DNA of 64,000 nucleotides, taken from contig JAWLBL010000027.1 in NCBI GenBank assembly GCA_041687695.1, positions 53,754 to 117,753 of the forward strand, in the 5' to 3' direction. This stretch comes from Myxococcota bacterium. Its GTDB lineage: Bacteria; Myxococcota_A; UBA9042; PHBI01; JAWLBL01. The notes beneath the pieces were generated by a model. The model did no database searches, was not told the origin of the DNA, and worked only from the letters and a program-made list of their open reading frames with translations. A program made the translations under genes and the position numbers. Shown in pieces: positions 9,347 to 19,532 of this stretch (its first letter is position 1; the number at the start of each line of letters is the position of its first letter).

Positions 9347-10399
9347 TCAGCGCGCGAGCAGCGTGATGTCCGTGCGGTCGGCGCCGTCGACCGCCGGGTC
9401 GCGGCCCAGCTCGGCCGCGCGCAGGTCGGCGCGGTAGGCGTCCAGCTCGCTCGCGGCGTCGTCCGGCTCCGGCGCGTCGCCGAAGGCGCGCCGGTACAGG
9501 GCCGTGAGGACCTGCGAGGCCTGCTCGGCGGGCGCGGCATGGGGCGACAGGCGACGCCCGAGCGCGCTGGCCGACGGCGGGCGGTCGCCGCGGCCCGACG
9601 CGAGGCACGCCTGGATGGCGTCGGCCAACCCCTTGGGCAGCTGGGGCGCCCGCTCGCTCAAGGGCGGCACGGCGGCGGCCGCGACGTTGGCCAGGGTCTC
9701 GGCGGGCGTGTCCGCCTTGAACAGGCGCGCGCCGGTGGCCAGCTCCCACAGCACCGTCCCCAGCGCGAACAGGTCGCTGCGCGCGTCGAGCGCCTCGCCG
9801 CGGACCTGTTCGGGGCTCATGTAGGCGCGCTTGCCCTCGAGCACGCCCGCGCGCCCGGCGCCGTCGGCGTGGCGCCATGCGATGCCGAAGTCGATGAGCT
9901 TGAGCAAACCTGCGCGGCCGAGCATCAGGTTGTGGGGCGACACGTCGCGGTGCACGAGGCCCAGCGGCCGGCCGTCCGCGTCGGTCGCGTCGTGGGCGTA
10001 GGCCAGCGCCTCGGCCAGCGCGACGCCGATGGTGGCCACCTCGACGGGCGCGCACGCGGCGCCGGTCACGGCCAGGGCCGTCTGCAGCGCGGCGAGATCG
10101 CGGCCGTCGACGTACTCCCACAGCGAGCAGGGGGACCCGTGGATGAGCGCGAAGCCGAAGCCGCGCACGAGGCCTGGGTGGTCGAGCTGGCGGCCGAGGT
10201 CGGCCTCGGCGCGGAACGAGCGCAGCACGTCGGGGTCGTCGGCCAGCGAAGGCAGCAGCCGCTTGACGGCCAGGACGCGCGCGCCGTCGCCCTCGGCGCG
10301 CCGGGCCTTGAACACCTCGGCCATGCCGCCGATGGAGACGCGGCGAAGCAGCTGCAGCGGCCCGAAGTTCGGGCGGATCTCGGCGCCGGAGTCGGTCAC
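9347..10399 (-). CDS. Serine/threonine protein kinase
   Basis: GGMAEVF, AVKRL, HRDVSPHN, DFGIA, GKRAYMSPEQ, SDLFALG; GTG start overlaps the upstream stop. Confidence 0.93.
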   Translation of the reverse strand: MTDSGAEIRPNFGPLQLLRRVSIGGMAEVFKARRAEGDGARVLAVKRLLPSLADDPDVLRSFRAEADLGRQLDHPGLVRGFGFALIHGSPCSLWEYVDGRDLAALQTALAVTGAACAPVEVATIGVALAEALAYAHDATDADGRPLGLVHRDVSPHNLMLGRAGLLKLIDFGIAWRHADGAGRAGVLEGKRAYMSPEQVRGEALDARSDLFALGTVLWELATGARLFKADTPAETLANVAAAAVPPLSERAPQLPKGLADAIQACLASGRGDRPPSASALGRRLSPHAAPAEQASQVLTALYRRAFGDAPEPDDAASELDAYRADLRAAELGRDPAVDGADRTDITLLAR

Positions 10400-10662
10400 G
10401 GCGCGCGCCGCCGCAGCCGCGCCGCGACCAGCAACCCGAGCGCGATCACGAGTAGGCCGCGCCCCGCCCACGCGACGCCGGGCTGCCAGGGCGGCGTCGG
10501 ATCGCCCGTCGCCTGCGCGAGCTGACTCAGCGCCAGGAAGGCGAAGCCGGCGGCCACGATGACGGGACGCGCCCCCTTGCGCCGCCGCAGGGCCAGATAG
10601 GCGAAGGCCGCGGCGTGCACGAAGAAGACGGCGGACAGGGCGGCATGCAGGGCCGGGCTCAT
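10396..10662 (-). CDS. Small membrane protein (3 predicted TM segments)
   Basis: Hydrophobic 88-aa ORF between dnaJ and the kinase, coupled to the kinase. Confidence 0.65.
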   Translation of the reverse strand: MSPALHAALSAVFFVHAAAFAYLALRRRKGARPVIVAAGFAFLALSQLAQATGDPTPPWQPGVAWAGRGLLVIALGLLVAARLRRRAP

Positions 10663-10687
10663 GGCCCCACCCGGTGCACGCCCAGGG

Positions 10688-11734
10688 TCACAGGCCCAGC
10701 TCGCGCAGACGGTCGATCGCCTTGCGCTGCTCGCGGCTGAGCTTGTCGGGGACCGCGACGTTCAGGGTCACGAAGTGGTCGCCCTGGCCGCCGCGGTTGA
10801 GGCGCGCGACGCCCTTCTTCTTGAGCCGCACGACCGTGCCGGGCTGCGTGCCGGCAGGGATCTTCACGCGCTCGGGGCCGTGCAGCGTCTCGACCTCGAG
10901 CTCGTCGCCGAGCGCCGCCTGCGTGAAGGTGATGCTGGCCTCGGAGTGGATGTCGGCGCCGTCGCGCTGGAAGCGCTCGTGCGGCGTGACGTGGATGAAG
11001 ACGTACAGGTCTCCGCGGCTGCCGTGCGCGCCGGCGGACTCGCCCTCGCCCGACACGCGCATGCGGACGCCGTCGTCGACGCCGGCGGGGATGGAGACCG
11101 AGACGTTGCGCTTGACGGTCTGGGTCCCGGCGCCGGCGCAGTCCTCGCACTTGTCCTTGACGACCCGCCCCGCGCCGCGGCAGACCGGGCAGGGGGTCTG
11201 GACCATGAAGAAGCCCTGCTGCCGGGTGACGCGGCCGCTGCCGCTGCAGGTCCCGCAGGCCGCCGGCGACGTGCCCTTCTTCGCGCCCGAGCCGTGGCAG
11301 GTGTCGCAGGCCTCGCGCCGGTGGAACTCGATGTCCTTCTTGGTGCCGAAGGCCGCCTCCTCGAGCGACAGCTCGAGGTCGTAGCGGAGATCCGCGCCGC
11401 GCGCGCGCGCCCGGGTGGCGGCGCCGCCGCCGAAGAGGTCGCCCAGGATGTCGCCGAAGTGGCTGAAGACGTCCTCGAAGCCGCCCTGGAACCCCTCGAA
11501 GCCCTGCCCCTGCAGGCCGGCGTGGCCGAAGCGGTCGTAGGTCTGCCGCTTGTCGGGGTCGCTCAGCACCTCGTAGGCCTCGGCGCACTCCTTGAAGCGG
11601 TCCTCGGCGGCCGGGTCGTTCGGGTTGCGGTCCGGGTGGTATTGGACCGCCATCTTGCGATAGGCGCGACGGATCTCGGCGGCGTCGGCGTCGCGCGCCA
11701 CGCCCAGTACCTCGTAGTAGTCTTGCTTCGTCAT
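10688..11734 (-). CDS. dnaJ: Chaperone DnaJ
   Basis: J-domain with HPD, G/F region, four CxxCxGxG repeats, C-terminal GDLYV/IPAGTQ. Confidence 0.96.
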   Translation of the reverse strand: MTKQDYYEVLGVARDADAAEIRRAYRKMAVQYHPDRNPNDPAAEDRFKECAEAYEVLSDPDKRQTYDRFGHAGLQGQGFEGFQGGFEDVFSHFGDILGDLFGGGAATRARARGADLRYDLELSLEEAAFGTKKDIEFHRREACDTCHGSGAKKGTSPAACGTCSGSGRVTRQQGFFMVQTPCPVCRGAGRVVKDKCEDCAGAGTQTVKRNVSVSIPAGVDDGVRMRVSGEGESAGAHGSRGDLYVFIHVTPHERFQRDGADIHSEASITFTQAALGDELEVETLHGPERVKIPAGTQPGTVVRLKKKGVARLNRGGQGDHFVTLNVAVPDKLSREQRKAIDRLRELGL

Positions 11735-11866
11735 CGCGAAAGAGCCCTGGACAATCGGTATCCCGTTTGCGTGGCGGCCCCACGACGTGACGTTGGGGGA
11801 CCGGAACGTGCCCGGGGCGCCGCCCCGCTCACCCGAGGGGCCACCCTACGCACACGCGAGGGAGCG

Positions 11867-12874
11867 TCAAGCAGGGCGATAGGCCGACAGCCCCAGGATC
11901 TCGGCGCCGCCGCGCAGCATGGTGCGCCCGAAGGTGAACAGGGAGATGCCGAAGGCGAGGCCCGCCCAGCCGTCGGGTGTCCAGACGCCGAGCGCCGCCG
12001 GGACGAGCGGGGCGAGCAGGGTCCAGTGCAGCGGCGAGACGACCGAGGCGTCCTGGCCGCGGTGGCGCAGCAGGATGAAGCGGGCGACGGCGTCGGCGGC
12101 GAAGAGGCAGACCATGATGGAGGGCAGCAGGGCCCCCGCGCCGGCCGAGACGTAGCCGCAGGCGCTGAAGGCGATGAGCATCAGCGGCGCGAGCTCGCCG
12201 ATGGGGACCCCCTTGCGCTTGACGCGCACCAGGGGCGTCACGACGGCGACGGTGTAGCCGATGATGAGCGCCACGAGCAGCGCCATGCAGGTGTTGAAGA
12301 CACCCGGGGTGAAGAGCAGGGTCGCAGGCTCGTCGGCGGCGAAGATGACGACCTCGAGCAGGACCACGAGGCTGAGGCCCTCGATCTGGCTGGCCGCGGG
12401 GATGACCAGGAACCCGGTGCGGTACTGCTCCCAGAAGGTCAGCATGAAGCCGATGGCGCCCATGACCATGAGCAGCGCCATCCAGATGCCGTCGATGCGC
12501 AGGATGAAGGCCGCCGTGAGCAGGATGGCGCCGCTGGCGATGCCGTCGAGGCCGTGGTCGAGGAACTCGCCGAGCGGGCTGCACTGGCCGGTGCGGCGGG
12601 CGTGGGCCCCGTCGACGTTGTCCGCCGTCAGGTAGGCGAGCAGGAGGACGCCGCTGACCAGGTACAGGGCCGGCATCCCGCCGGTCGCCGCCCACGCGGT
12701 GACGGCGGCGAAGATGCCGCAGACCTGGCCGGCCAGGGTGATGGCGTTCGGGGCGACCCAGGCCGGAATCACCTCGACGAGGCGGTCCCAGAACAGGCGC
12801 TTGTAGAAGTGGAGGAGGAGCTCGCGGTCCTCGACCTTGTAGGCGGCGGGCTTGTTCGTGTTCGGCGTGCTCAT
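11867..12874 (-). CDS. CDP-alcohol phosphotransferase resembling eukaryotic choline/ethanolamine phosphotransferases
   Basis: FW..LV...P.WVAPNAITLAG and D..DG.HARRTG.CSPLGEFLDHGLD; multiple TM helices. Confidence 0.85.
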   Translation of the reverse strand: MSTPNTNKPAAYKVEDRELLLHFYKRLFWDRLVEVIPAWVAPNAITLAGQVCGIFAAVTAWAATGGMPALYLVSGVLLLAYLTADNVDGAHARRTGQCSPLGEFLDHGLDGIASGAILLTAAFILRIDGIWMALLMVMGAIGFMLTFWEQYRTGFLVIPAASQIEGLSLVVLLEVVIFAADEPATLLFTPGVFNTCMALLVALIIGYTVAVVTPLVRVKRKGVPIGELAPLMLIAFSACGYVSAGAGALLPSIMVCLFAADAVARFILLRHRGQDASVVSPLHWTLLAPLVPAALGVWTPDGWAGLAFGISLFTFGRTMLRGGAEILGLSAYRPA

Positions 12875-13061
12875 GGCGGGTCCTCGTCGGACGGGCCACC
12901 GGCGGCCCTCGGCAGGCATCCTTTAGAATGGACGCGCCGCCGTGTCCAGAGGGCCCGGCGCGGCGCGAGAGACGGGCTGAAGTCGAGTCGGCGTGGGGGC
13001 TTGGCCCGAGCGGGGGCCGGCCGCTATAGTGCGCGCCCTTTGGCGGGATGGAGGCCGGTCG

Positions 13062-15974
13062 ATGCGGAGAGTTGGGCGAGCGTGGCGGACGGGACTCGTG
13101 GCGCTCGCGCTGGCGACGTGGCTCGGCGGGTGCGGGGACGGCGCGACCGGGGGCGGTGACGCCGACGCGGTCGAGGACGTCGAGCAGGACACCAAGGGCG
13201 AAGAGGTCGACGCGGGCGACGACACGCAGGACGCGGGAGACGACGCGCAGGACGCGGGCGACGACGCGCAGGACGCGGGCGACGACGCAGGGCCCGACGC
13301 CGACCCCGACTCGGAGGGCGACGCCCAGGACGCCTCGCCCGACGTGGTGGACGTCGACGACGCGACGGACGTGGACGACGTCGACGACGCCGGACCGGAC
13401 GGGGACGACGACGCCGAGGTGGTGGACGCCGGGGACGACGTTGACGCCGGCCAGGACGCCGAGGCCGACGTCGCGGTGGATGTCGAGCCGCCGCCCGAGT
13501 GCGAGGCCGACGCCGACTGCGCCGGGACCCCGGGCACGGGGCCGTGCAGGCCGGCGGTGTGCCTCGAGGGCGTCTGCGCCGCGGGCGAGGCGCTCGCCGA
13601 CGGGTCCGAGTGCGACGACGGCAACGCCTGCAGCCTGGGCGACACCTGCAAGGCGGGCAAGTGCGGCGGGACGTCGGCCCTGACCTGCAACGACGACAAC
13701 CCGTGCACCGACGACTCGTGCCAGCCGGCCAAGGGCTGCGTCTACAAGAACAACTTCGCCGCCTGCGACGACGGCGACGCCTGCACGGTGGGCGACGCGT
13801 GCCTGGGGGGCGCGTGCATCAGCGGTCCGCAAGCCTGTGACGACGGCAACCCCTGCACGACCGATCAGTGCGACCCGCAGACCGGGGCCTGCACGAACCT
13901 CGCGGACGACGCCCTGCCCTGCTCGGACGGCAGCGCGTGCACGTTGGGAGACGCGTGCGTGGCCGGCGCGTGCGTGCCGGGCGCGGCCAACGGCTGCGAC
14001 GACGGCAACCCGTGCACGGGCGACAGCTGCGTCGGCGGGACGACCTGCCAGAACGCGGACCTGAACAACGTGCCCTGCGACGACGGCGAGCCGTGCACCG
14101 CGACGGACCTGTGCAAGGCCGGCGTGTGCGCCGGCGGTCCGGCGACCGTCTGCGACGACGGCAACCCGTGCACGGCCGACGAGTGCGTGGACGGGCAGGG
14201 CTGCCAGCACACCGTGCTGGTCGGCGCCGCGTGCGACGACGGCGACGCCTGCACCGAAGGCGACCAGTGCGCCGCCGACGGCCAGTGCGTGGCGGGCCAG
14301 GCCATCGCCTGCGACGACGCGAACCCCTGCACCCAGGACGCCTGCGACCCCGCCGTGGGGTGCGTCTTCACGCCGGCCGAGGCGGTGTGCGACGACGGCA
14401 GCGCGTGCACCGAGGCCGACGCCTGCGTGGACGGCGAGTGCGTCGGCGAGGCCCTGGACTGCGACGACGCCAACGCGTGCACGCTGGACACCTGCGACCC
14501 GCTGGTCGGCTGCGAGCACCTTCCGACGCCCGGCGTCCCGTGCGAGGACGGCGACGCCTGCACCGAGGGCGACCTGTGCTCGGCGCAGGGCCAGTGCGTG
14601 TCCGGTGAGGCGGTGGCCTGCGAGGACGACAACGCGTGCACCGAGGACGCCTGCGACCCGGCCGTCGGCTGCACGTTCACGCCGCTGGACGTGGCCTGCG
14701 ACGACGGGTCCGCGTGCACCGAGGGCGACACCTGCGTCGCCGGCGAGTGCGTCGGCGCGGCCCTGGACTGCGACGACGACGACGTCTGCACCCAGGACGC
14801 CTGCGACCCGGAGACGGGCTGCGAGCACCTGTCGCTGGTCGACGACTGCGACGACGGCGTCGGCTGCACGGTCGACACCTGCGACCCGGTGACGGGCTGC
14901 TCGAGCGCGGTGTCGGACGCCGCCTGCGGCGAGGGGGAGCGCTGCGACCCCGAGCTGGACTGCGTCGACGCGACCGCGCTGGTGATGGTCTCGCGCGTCC
15001 TGCTGCTGCCGGCGGACGGCGGCGACGAGGGCGTCGGCCAGTGGATCGAGCTGGTCAACGTCGGCACGACGGCGGTCGATCTGGGCACGCTGGTGCTGAC
15101 CAACGCCGCGGGCGTCCAGGCGATGGTCCATCCGTTGGGCGACGACCCGCTCGCGCCGATCGTCCTCGAGCCCGGCGAGCGCCTCGCCGGCTTCGACGCC
15201 GGCGGCGCCGACTCCGTCGACCCGGCGGACTTCGGCTTCACCTATGGCGTGGCCGACGACGCGTTCTGGCTGGATCCGGCGGGCGATCTGCTGCTGGTCG
15301 GGCTGCCCGACGAGGCGCCGATGGACCTCCTGCCGCTCGAGCCGACGGTCGGCGACGCGCTCGAGCCCGGCGCCCTGCCGATGGCGGTCGGCTACCCGAC
15401 CGCGCTGGACGCGGCGGCCTTGGCGCTGGGCTGGCCGACGGCCAACGACTCGGGCGACGCCTGGTGCGTCCTGCTGCCCCAGCTCGAGGCGCAGGTCGCG
15501 GCCGAGGCGCCCGACTGCGCCCGCGCGGTCTTGAACGAGGTCGCGCTGGCCGGCCCCGACGGCGCCCGCTGGATCGAGGTCCATCTGCCGGCGGGCGGCT
15601 GGGCCGACGGGCTGCGCGTGCGCGTGCTCGACGCCGACGGCGCGTCGCTGGGTGAGCACAAGCTCGACGGCCGGGTCAGCCCTGGCGACGCCAAGGCGCT
15701 GGTGGACGGCGAGCTGGGCGCGGACCTGCCGACGCTGACCGACGGCGCGGTGCAGCTGTGGCGCGACGGCGCGCTGCTGGACGTGGTCGGCTTCGGGACC
15801 CTGAACGCCTCGGTGGACGGCCAGGACGGTCAGCCGCTGTTCGAGGGGGCGGCGCTGCCGGCCCTGACGCCCGAGGCGGGGCTGGCGCGTGTCGTCGACG
15901 GCGTCGACACCGACGACAACGAGGCCGACTGGCAGTCGACGGCTGACGGCACGCCGGGGACGCTGGCGGACTGA
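13062..15974 (+). CDS. Large Cys-rich lipoprotein (Asp-rich linker, many CDDGxxCT repeats, C-terminal lamin-tail-like domains)
   Basis: Lipobox LGGC; DAGDDAQ repeats; CDDGNPCT.D.C repeats; GQWIELVN and LNEV...WIEV motifs typical of LTD domains. Confidence 0.85.
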   Translation: MRRVGRAWRTGLVALALATWLGGCGDGATGGGDADAVEDVEQDTKGEEVDAGDDTQDAGDDAQDAGDDAQDAGDDAGPDADPDSEGDAQDASPDVVDVDDATDVDDVDDAGPDGDDDAEVVDAGDDVDAGQDAEADVAVDVEPPPECEADADCAGTPGTGPCRPAVCLEGVCAAGEALADGSECDDGNACSLGDTCKAGKCGGTSALTCNDDNPCTDDSCQPAKGCVYKNNFAACDDGDACTVGDACLGGACISGPQACDDGNPCTTDQCDPQTGACTNLADDALPCSDGSACTLGDACVAGACVPGAANGCDDGNPCTGDSCVGGTTCQNADLNNVPCDDGEPCTATDLCKAGVCAGGPATVCDDGNPCTADECVDGQGCQHTVLVGAACDDGDACTEGDQCAADGQCVAGQAIACDDANPCTQDACDPAVGCVFTPAEAVCDDGSACTEADACVDGECVGEALDCDDANACTLDTCDPLVGCEHLPTPGVPCEDGDACTEGDLCSAQGQCVSGEAVACEDDNACTEDACDPAVGCTFTPLDVACDDGSACTEGDTCVAGECVGAALDCDDDDVCTQDACDPETGCEHLSLVDDCDDGVGCTVDTCDPVTGCSSAVSDAACGEGERCDPELDCVDATALVMVSRVLLLPADGGDEGVGQWIELVNVGTTAVDLGTLVLTNAAGVQAMVHPLGDDPLAPIVLEPGERLAGFDAGGADSVDPADFGFTYGVADDAFWLDPAGDLLLVGLPDEAPMDLLPLEPTVGDALEPGALPMAVGYPTALDAAALALGWPTANDSGDAWCVLLPQLEAQVAAEAPDCARAVLNEVALAGPDGARWIEVHLPAGGWADGLRVRVLDADGASLGEHKLDGRVSPGDAKALVDGELGADLPTLTDGAVQLWRDGALLDVVGFGTLNASVDGQDGQPLFEGAALPALTPEAGLARVVDGVDTDDNEADWQSTADGTPGTLAD

Positions 15975-16029
15975 GGCGCCGAGACGCGGGCGGGGCCCAG
16001 GTGGCCCGCCCGCGGCTCCGCGTCAGCCG

Positions 16030-16929
16030 CTACTCGTCGCCCTTGCTGGTGAACCGGTCCTCGCGGTTCTTGAACAGCACGTTGAAGGTCGTCAGGCTGC
16101 CGTAGCAGCGGCTGATGTACTGCTGCAGCTCGACCTTCTCGCCGTCGGCCAGGCTCGGGTTGGCGTTGATCTTCTGCTCGAGCACGCGCAGACGGTCACG
16201 CAGCATGACGATCTTGTGGAAGAACGTCTTGATGGGCAGCGTGACCTCCTTCAGATCGTCGTCGCCGGGCTGGAGGATGAGGTTGCCGTCCTCCCACTTG
16301 CGGCCGATCTCGACCTCCTCGAGGCCGATGTGCTGCTCGACGAGGTCGACGAGGATGGCTCCCAGGGTCTGACGATCCAAGCTGGCTCCTGCGGGGGCGC
16401 CCGAGGCGCCCGAGGCCGACGAGAAGAGGGTCCGGGTCACCTGATCGGTGCTCTCGGACTCGGTGACGACGCGCGCGCCGGTGACCGGGGAGCGCTGCGG
16501 CGGCGCGGAGAAGGCCGCGGGGCGCTCGGCCGGCCGGGAAGGCGTCAGCACCGGATCGTCGTCGTCGTCGTCGTCGTCGACGCGCCGGCGCCGAACGACC
16601 GAGGCGTGGGGCGGCGTCACCGGGCCGGGGCGCCCGGGCCGCCGGCCGGGGCTGAAGCCGCCGGACGGGATGCCGCCCCCGCCCGTCGACGCCGCGACGC
16701 GGGGCGACGGCTGCGAGGTCGACTGCGTCAGGGCGGAAAAGCCTGGCAGCGCCCGGTACTCGCCGCACGCGTAGTCGGTCGCCTCGCGCGAGCCGTTGCG
16801 CGGGTAGATCTTGCAGTGCCCATAGACGTCGGGCGGCTCGCCGAAGTCCGAACGGAAGTGTTCGCAGGCGCTGCAGCGCCCGTCCTTGCGCCAGTCGGTG
16901 GCGATGGCGTCGTCGTGGGTCTCGCTCAT
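16030..16929 (-). CDS. Conserved hypothetical protein (N-terminal 4-Cys motif, disordered linker, helical C-terminal domain)
   Basis: CSAC..C..C N-terminus; C-terminal FFHKIVMLRDRLRVLEQKIN...YISRCYGSLTTFNVLF. Confidence 0.8.
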   Translation of the reverse strand: MSETHDDAIATDWRKDGRCSACEHFRSDFGEPPDVYGHCKIYPRNGSREATDYACGEYRALPGFSALTQSTSQPSPRVAASTGGGGIPSGGFSPGRRPGRPGPVTPPHASVVRRRRVDDDDDDDDPVLTPSRPAERPAAFSAPPQRSPVTGARVVTESESTDQVTRTLFSSASGASGAPAGASLDRQTLGAILVDLVEQHIGLEEVEIGRKWEDGNLILQPGDDDLKEVTLPIKTFFHKIVMLRDRLRVLEQKINANPSLADGEKVELQQYISRCYGSLTTFNVLFKNREDRFTSKGDE

Positions 16930-17072
16930 GGGGCGGCAAACTAATCCCGCCCCCGCGCGCGGGCAAGCGCGTGGCCGACTATGTGCGCCTGGGGACCGCG
17001 TGGGGGGCGGCGCGTGGGCAGCGCGAGGGCCCGCAGGGGCGCGCGGAGCCTTTGAATGCTACAGGTTGACGC

Positions 17073-17090
17073 TGTCATGGGCGTATGACA
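17073..17090. promoter_or_regulatory. Inverted-repeat operator-like site upstream of the EF-G paralogue
   Basis: TGTCAT-N6-ATGACA just after TTGACG (17066) and 12 bp before the ATG. Confidence 0.4.
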
Positions 17091-17102
17091 TAGGGCCACG
17101 CC

Positions 17103-19163
17103 ATGTCACGCCGCATGCAGATCATCCGAAACATCGGCATCATGGCCCACATCGATGCCGGCAAGACCACCGTGTCCGAGCGCCTGCTCTTCGTGACCGG
17201 CCGAGGCCACAAGATCGGCGAGGTCCACGATGGCGAGGCCACGATGGACTGGATGGTGCAGGAGCGCGAGCGGGGCATCACCATCACCAGCGCGGTGACC
17301 ACCTTCGAGTGGAGCGGCCACGAGATCCACCTCATCGACACGCCCGGCCACGTGGACTTCACCATCGAGGTCTCGCGCTCGCTGCGGGTGCTCGACGGGG
17401 CCGTGGCGGTCTTCGACGCGGTGGCCGGCGTCGAGCCGCAGACCGAGACGGTCTGGCGCCAGGCCGACCGCTACCGCGTGCCGCGCCTCGGGTTCGTCAA
17501 CAAGATGGACCGCATCGGCGCGAACTTCGAGCGCTGCCTCAAGATGATGGAGCAGCGCTTCGGCGAGCACTGCGCGCCGGCCCAGATCCCCATCGGGGCC
17601 GAGGGCGACTTCCGCGGCTGCGTCGACCTCGTCAAGCAGGTCGCCTACATCTGGCACGGTCACGACGACCCCAAGGGCTTCACCGAGGAGCCCATCCCGG
17701 CGGACATGGCCGACGAGGCGGCCCTCGCGCGCGAGACCCTGCTCGAGCGCATCGCGCTGGCCGACGAGGACTTCGCCATGAAGTACCTCGAGGACTCGGA
17801 CAGCCTGACGGCCGAGGAGATCGGCGCCGCCATCCGCGGTGCCACCATCGCCGGCAAGCTGGTCCCGGTCCTGTGCGGCTCCGCCCTGCGCAACAAGGGC
17901 ATCCCGCCGCTGCTCGACGCCATCGTCGCGTGGCTGCCCTCGCCGCTGGACGTGCCCGAGATCGAGGGCACCGACACCCGCACGGGCCAGCCGGCGCGTC
18001 GCCCGCACGATCCGAAGGCGCCGCTGTCGGGCCTCGCCTACAAGGTCGCGGTCATGGAGGACGGGCGGCGCATGGTCTTCGTGCGCCTGTACTCGGGCAC
18101 GCTGAGCGCGGGCGACGACCTCCTCAACCCGGCGCTGGGCATCAAGGAGAAGGTCTCGCGCATCTTCCTGATGCACGCGAACCACCGCGAGCGGAAGGAC
18201 CGCATCGAGGCCGGCAACATCTTCGGCGTGCTGGGCCTGAAGAAGACGCGCACGGGCGACACCCTGTGCGCCCCGGACGCGCCCATCCTGCTCGAGTCCA
18301 TCGACGCCTACGAGCCTGTCATCAGCCAGGCCATCGAGCCGGCGACGCTGCGCGAGAAGGAGAAGCTCGAGGAGACGCTGACCAAGCTGGCGGACGAGGA
18401 TCCGACCTTCCGCTGGCGCGAGGACGAGGGCACGGGCCAGACCATCATCAGCGGCATGGGCGAGCTCCACCTGGACATCCTGACCGACCGCGTCAAGCGC
18501 GAGTTCGGCGTCGAGGTGCGTATCGGCCGTCCGCAGGTCGTCTTCCGCGAGACCATCACCGGCAAGAGCCAGGTCGAGGAGGTCTTCGAGCGCGCCGAGG
18601 GCGCCGAGCACATCTTCGGGGCCGTGCGCCTGTCGGTCGCGCCGAGAGAGCGCGGCGCCGGCAACACCATCGTCTGGCGCTTCCCGTCGCCCGAGATGCC
18701 GCCCGAGACGGTGGCCTGGCTGAACGACGGCATCCGCAAGGCGGTCGACGAGGGCATCAAGCAGGGCTTCGCGAGCGGCCCCGTGCAGGGCTACCCGGTC
18801 GACGACGTCGAGGTCACGGTGCGCTGGCTCGACCACCGCGAGGGCGTGACGAAGCCGGTGGGCTACACGATCGCGGCCTCGACCGCGATGCGGCGCGCCA
18901 TGCGCGAGGCGACCGCCGTCCTGCTGTCGCCCATCGGCAACGTCGAGGTGGCGACCCCGCCCGAGTACACGGGCGAGATCATCGGCAGCATCAACCAGCG
19001 GCGCGGCCGGATCGAGAGCATGGAGGAGACCTCTCCGCAGCTGTCGACCATCAAGGCCTCCGTGGCGATCGAGCAGATGTTCGGCTACGCGACCGAGCTG
19101 CGCTCGCTGTCGCAGGGCCGCGCCTCGTTCACGATGACCTTCAGCCACTACGACAAGCTCTGA
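17103..19163 (+). CDS. fusA: Elongation factor G paralogue (stand-alone, divergent domain IV)
   Basis: [50 protein letters not shown]; not adjacent to rpsL/rpsG/tuf. Confidence 0.92.
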   Translation: MSRRMQIIRNIGIMAHIDAGKTTVSERLLFVTGRGHKIGEVHDGEATMDWMVQERERGITITSAVTTFEWSGHEIHLIDTPGHVDFTIEVSRSLRVLDGAVAVFDAVAGVEPQTETVWRQADRYRVPRLGFVNKMDRIGANFERCLKMMEQRFGEHCAPAQIPIGAEGDFRGCVDLVKQVAYIWHGHDDPKGFTEEPIPADMADEAALARETLLERIALADEDFAMKYLEDSDSLTAEEIGAAIRGATIAGKLVPVLCGSALRNKGIPPLLDAIVAWLPSPLDVPEIEGTDTRTGQPARRPHDPKAPLSGLAYKVAVMEDGRRMVFVRLYSGTLSAGDDLLNPALGIKEKVSRIFLMHANHRERKDRIEAGNIFGVLGLKKTRTGDTLCAPDAPILLESIDAYEPVISQAIEPATLREKEKLEETLTKLADEDPTFRWREDEGTGQTIISGMGELHLDILTDRVKREFGVEVRIGRPQVVFRETITGKSQVEEVFERAEGAEHIFGAVRLSVAPRERGAGNTIVWRFPSPEMPPETVAWLNDGIRKAVDEGIKQGFASGPVQGYPVDDVEVTVRWLDHREGVTKPVGYTIAASTAMRRAMREATAVLLSPIGNVEVATPPEYTGEIIGSINQRRGRIESMEETSPQLSTIKASVAIEQMFGYATELRSLSQGRASFTMTFSHYDKL

Positions 19164-19391
19164 GCGGGTCACATCGGCCCCGCAGGGCGCGCGTTGCCGG
19201 TCAGATGGTTGACCCTCGGCCGCGCGTGTCTCATATCGCATTCGTCGGGCGCGCTCACACGCGCGCTCGGCCGCCTCGCCCCGCCCGTGCCCCGGACCCG
19301 ACCGGCGGCCCCGCGCGGCGCCCCCGAGGCCCCGTCTCCCCAGGCTCCTCGCGGTCCGTCGCGAAAGCGACGCCGGTCAAGCGTTTTCAGT

Positions 19392-19419
19392 TTGACATGC
19401 GGAGAGCCCGCTCCATATT
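19392..19419 (+). promoter_or_regulatory. Putative sigma70 promoter
   Basis: TTGACA-N16-CATATT upstream of the FYDLN gene. Confidence 0.4.
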
Positions 19420-19532
19420 CAGGCAGAGCGTAGTTGGTCACCGGAGCTGTCCGGGCGCCGCTCACGCACGCCGACGTTGCACCAATCTGGGCCCCTGGCC
19501 CCTCGTTGAATCGATGCCGTTGGGTGATTGCC

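Noticed and set aside
11735-11866. CIRCE or heat-shock element upstream of dnaJ
   Set aside because: No TTAGCACTC-N9-GAGTGCTAA or convincing sigma32 motif was found.
11829-15659. 1276-aa minus-strand ORF and similar long antisense or alternate-frame ORFs (e.g. 17106..19241 -, 19913..22783 +, 45840..49067 +, 53530..56424 -)
   Set aside because: These are shadow ORFs of real genes, expected in very GC-rich DNA with few stop codons; the products are Arg/Gly/Ala-rich with no motifs. Only the 3' end of 45840..49067 (from 48579) is kept as a gene.
16556-16580. (GTC)n run
   Set aside because: It encodes the poly-Asp stretch of the 16030..16929 protein and is not an independent element.
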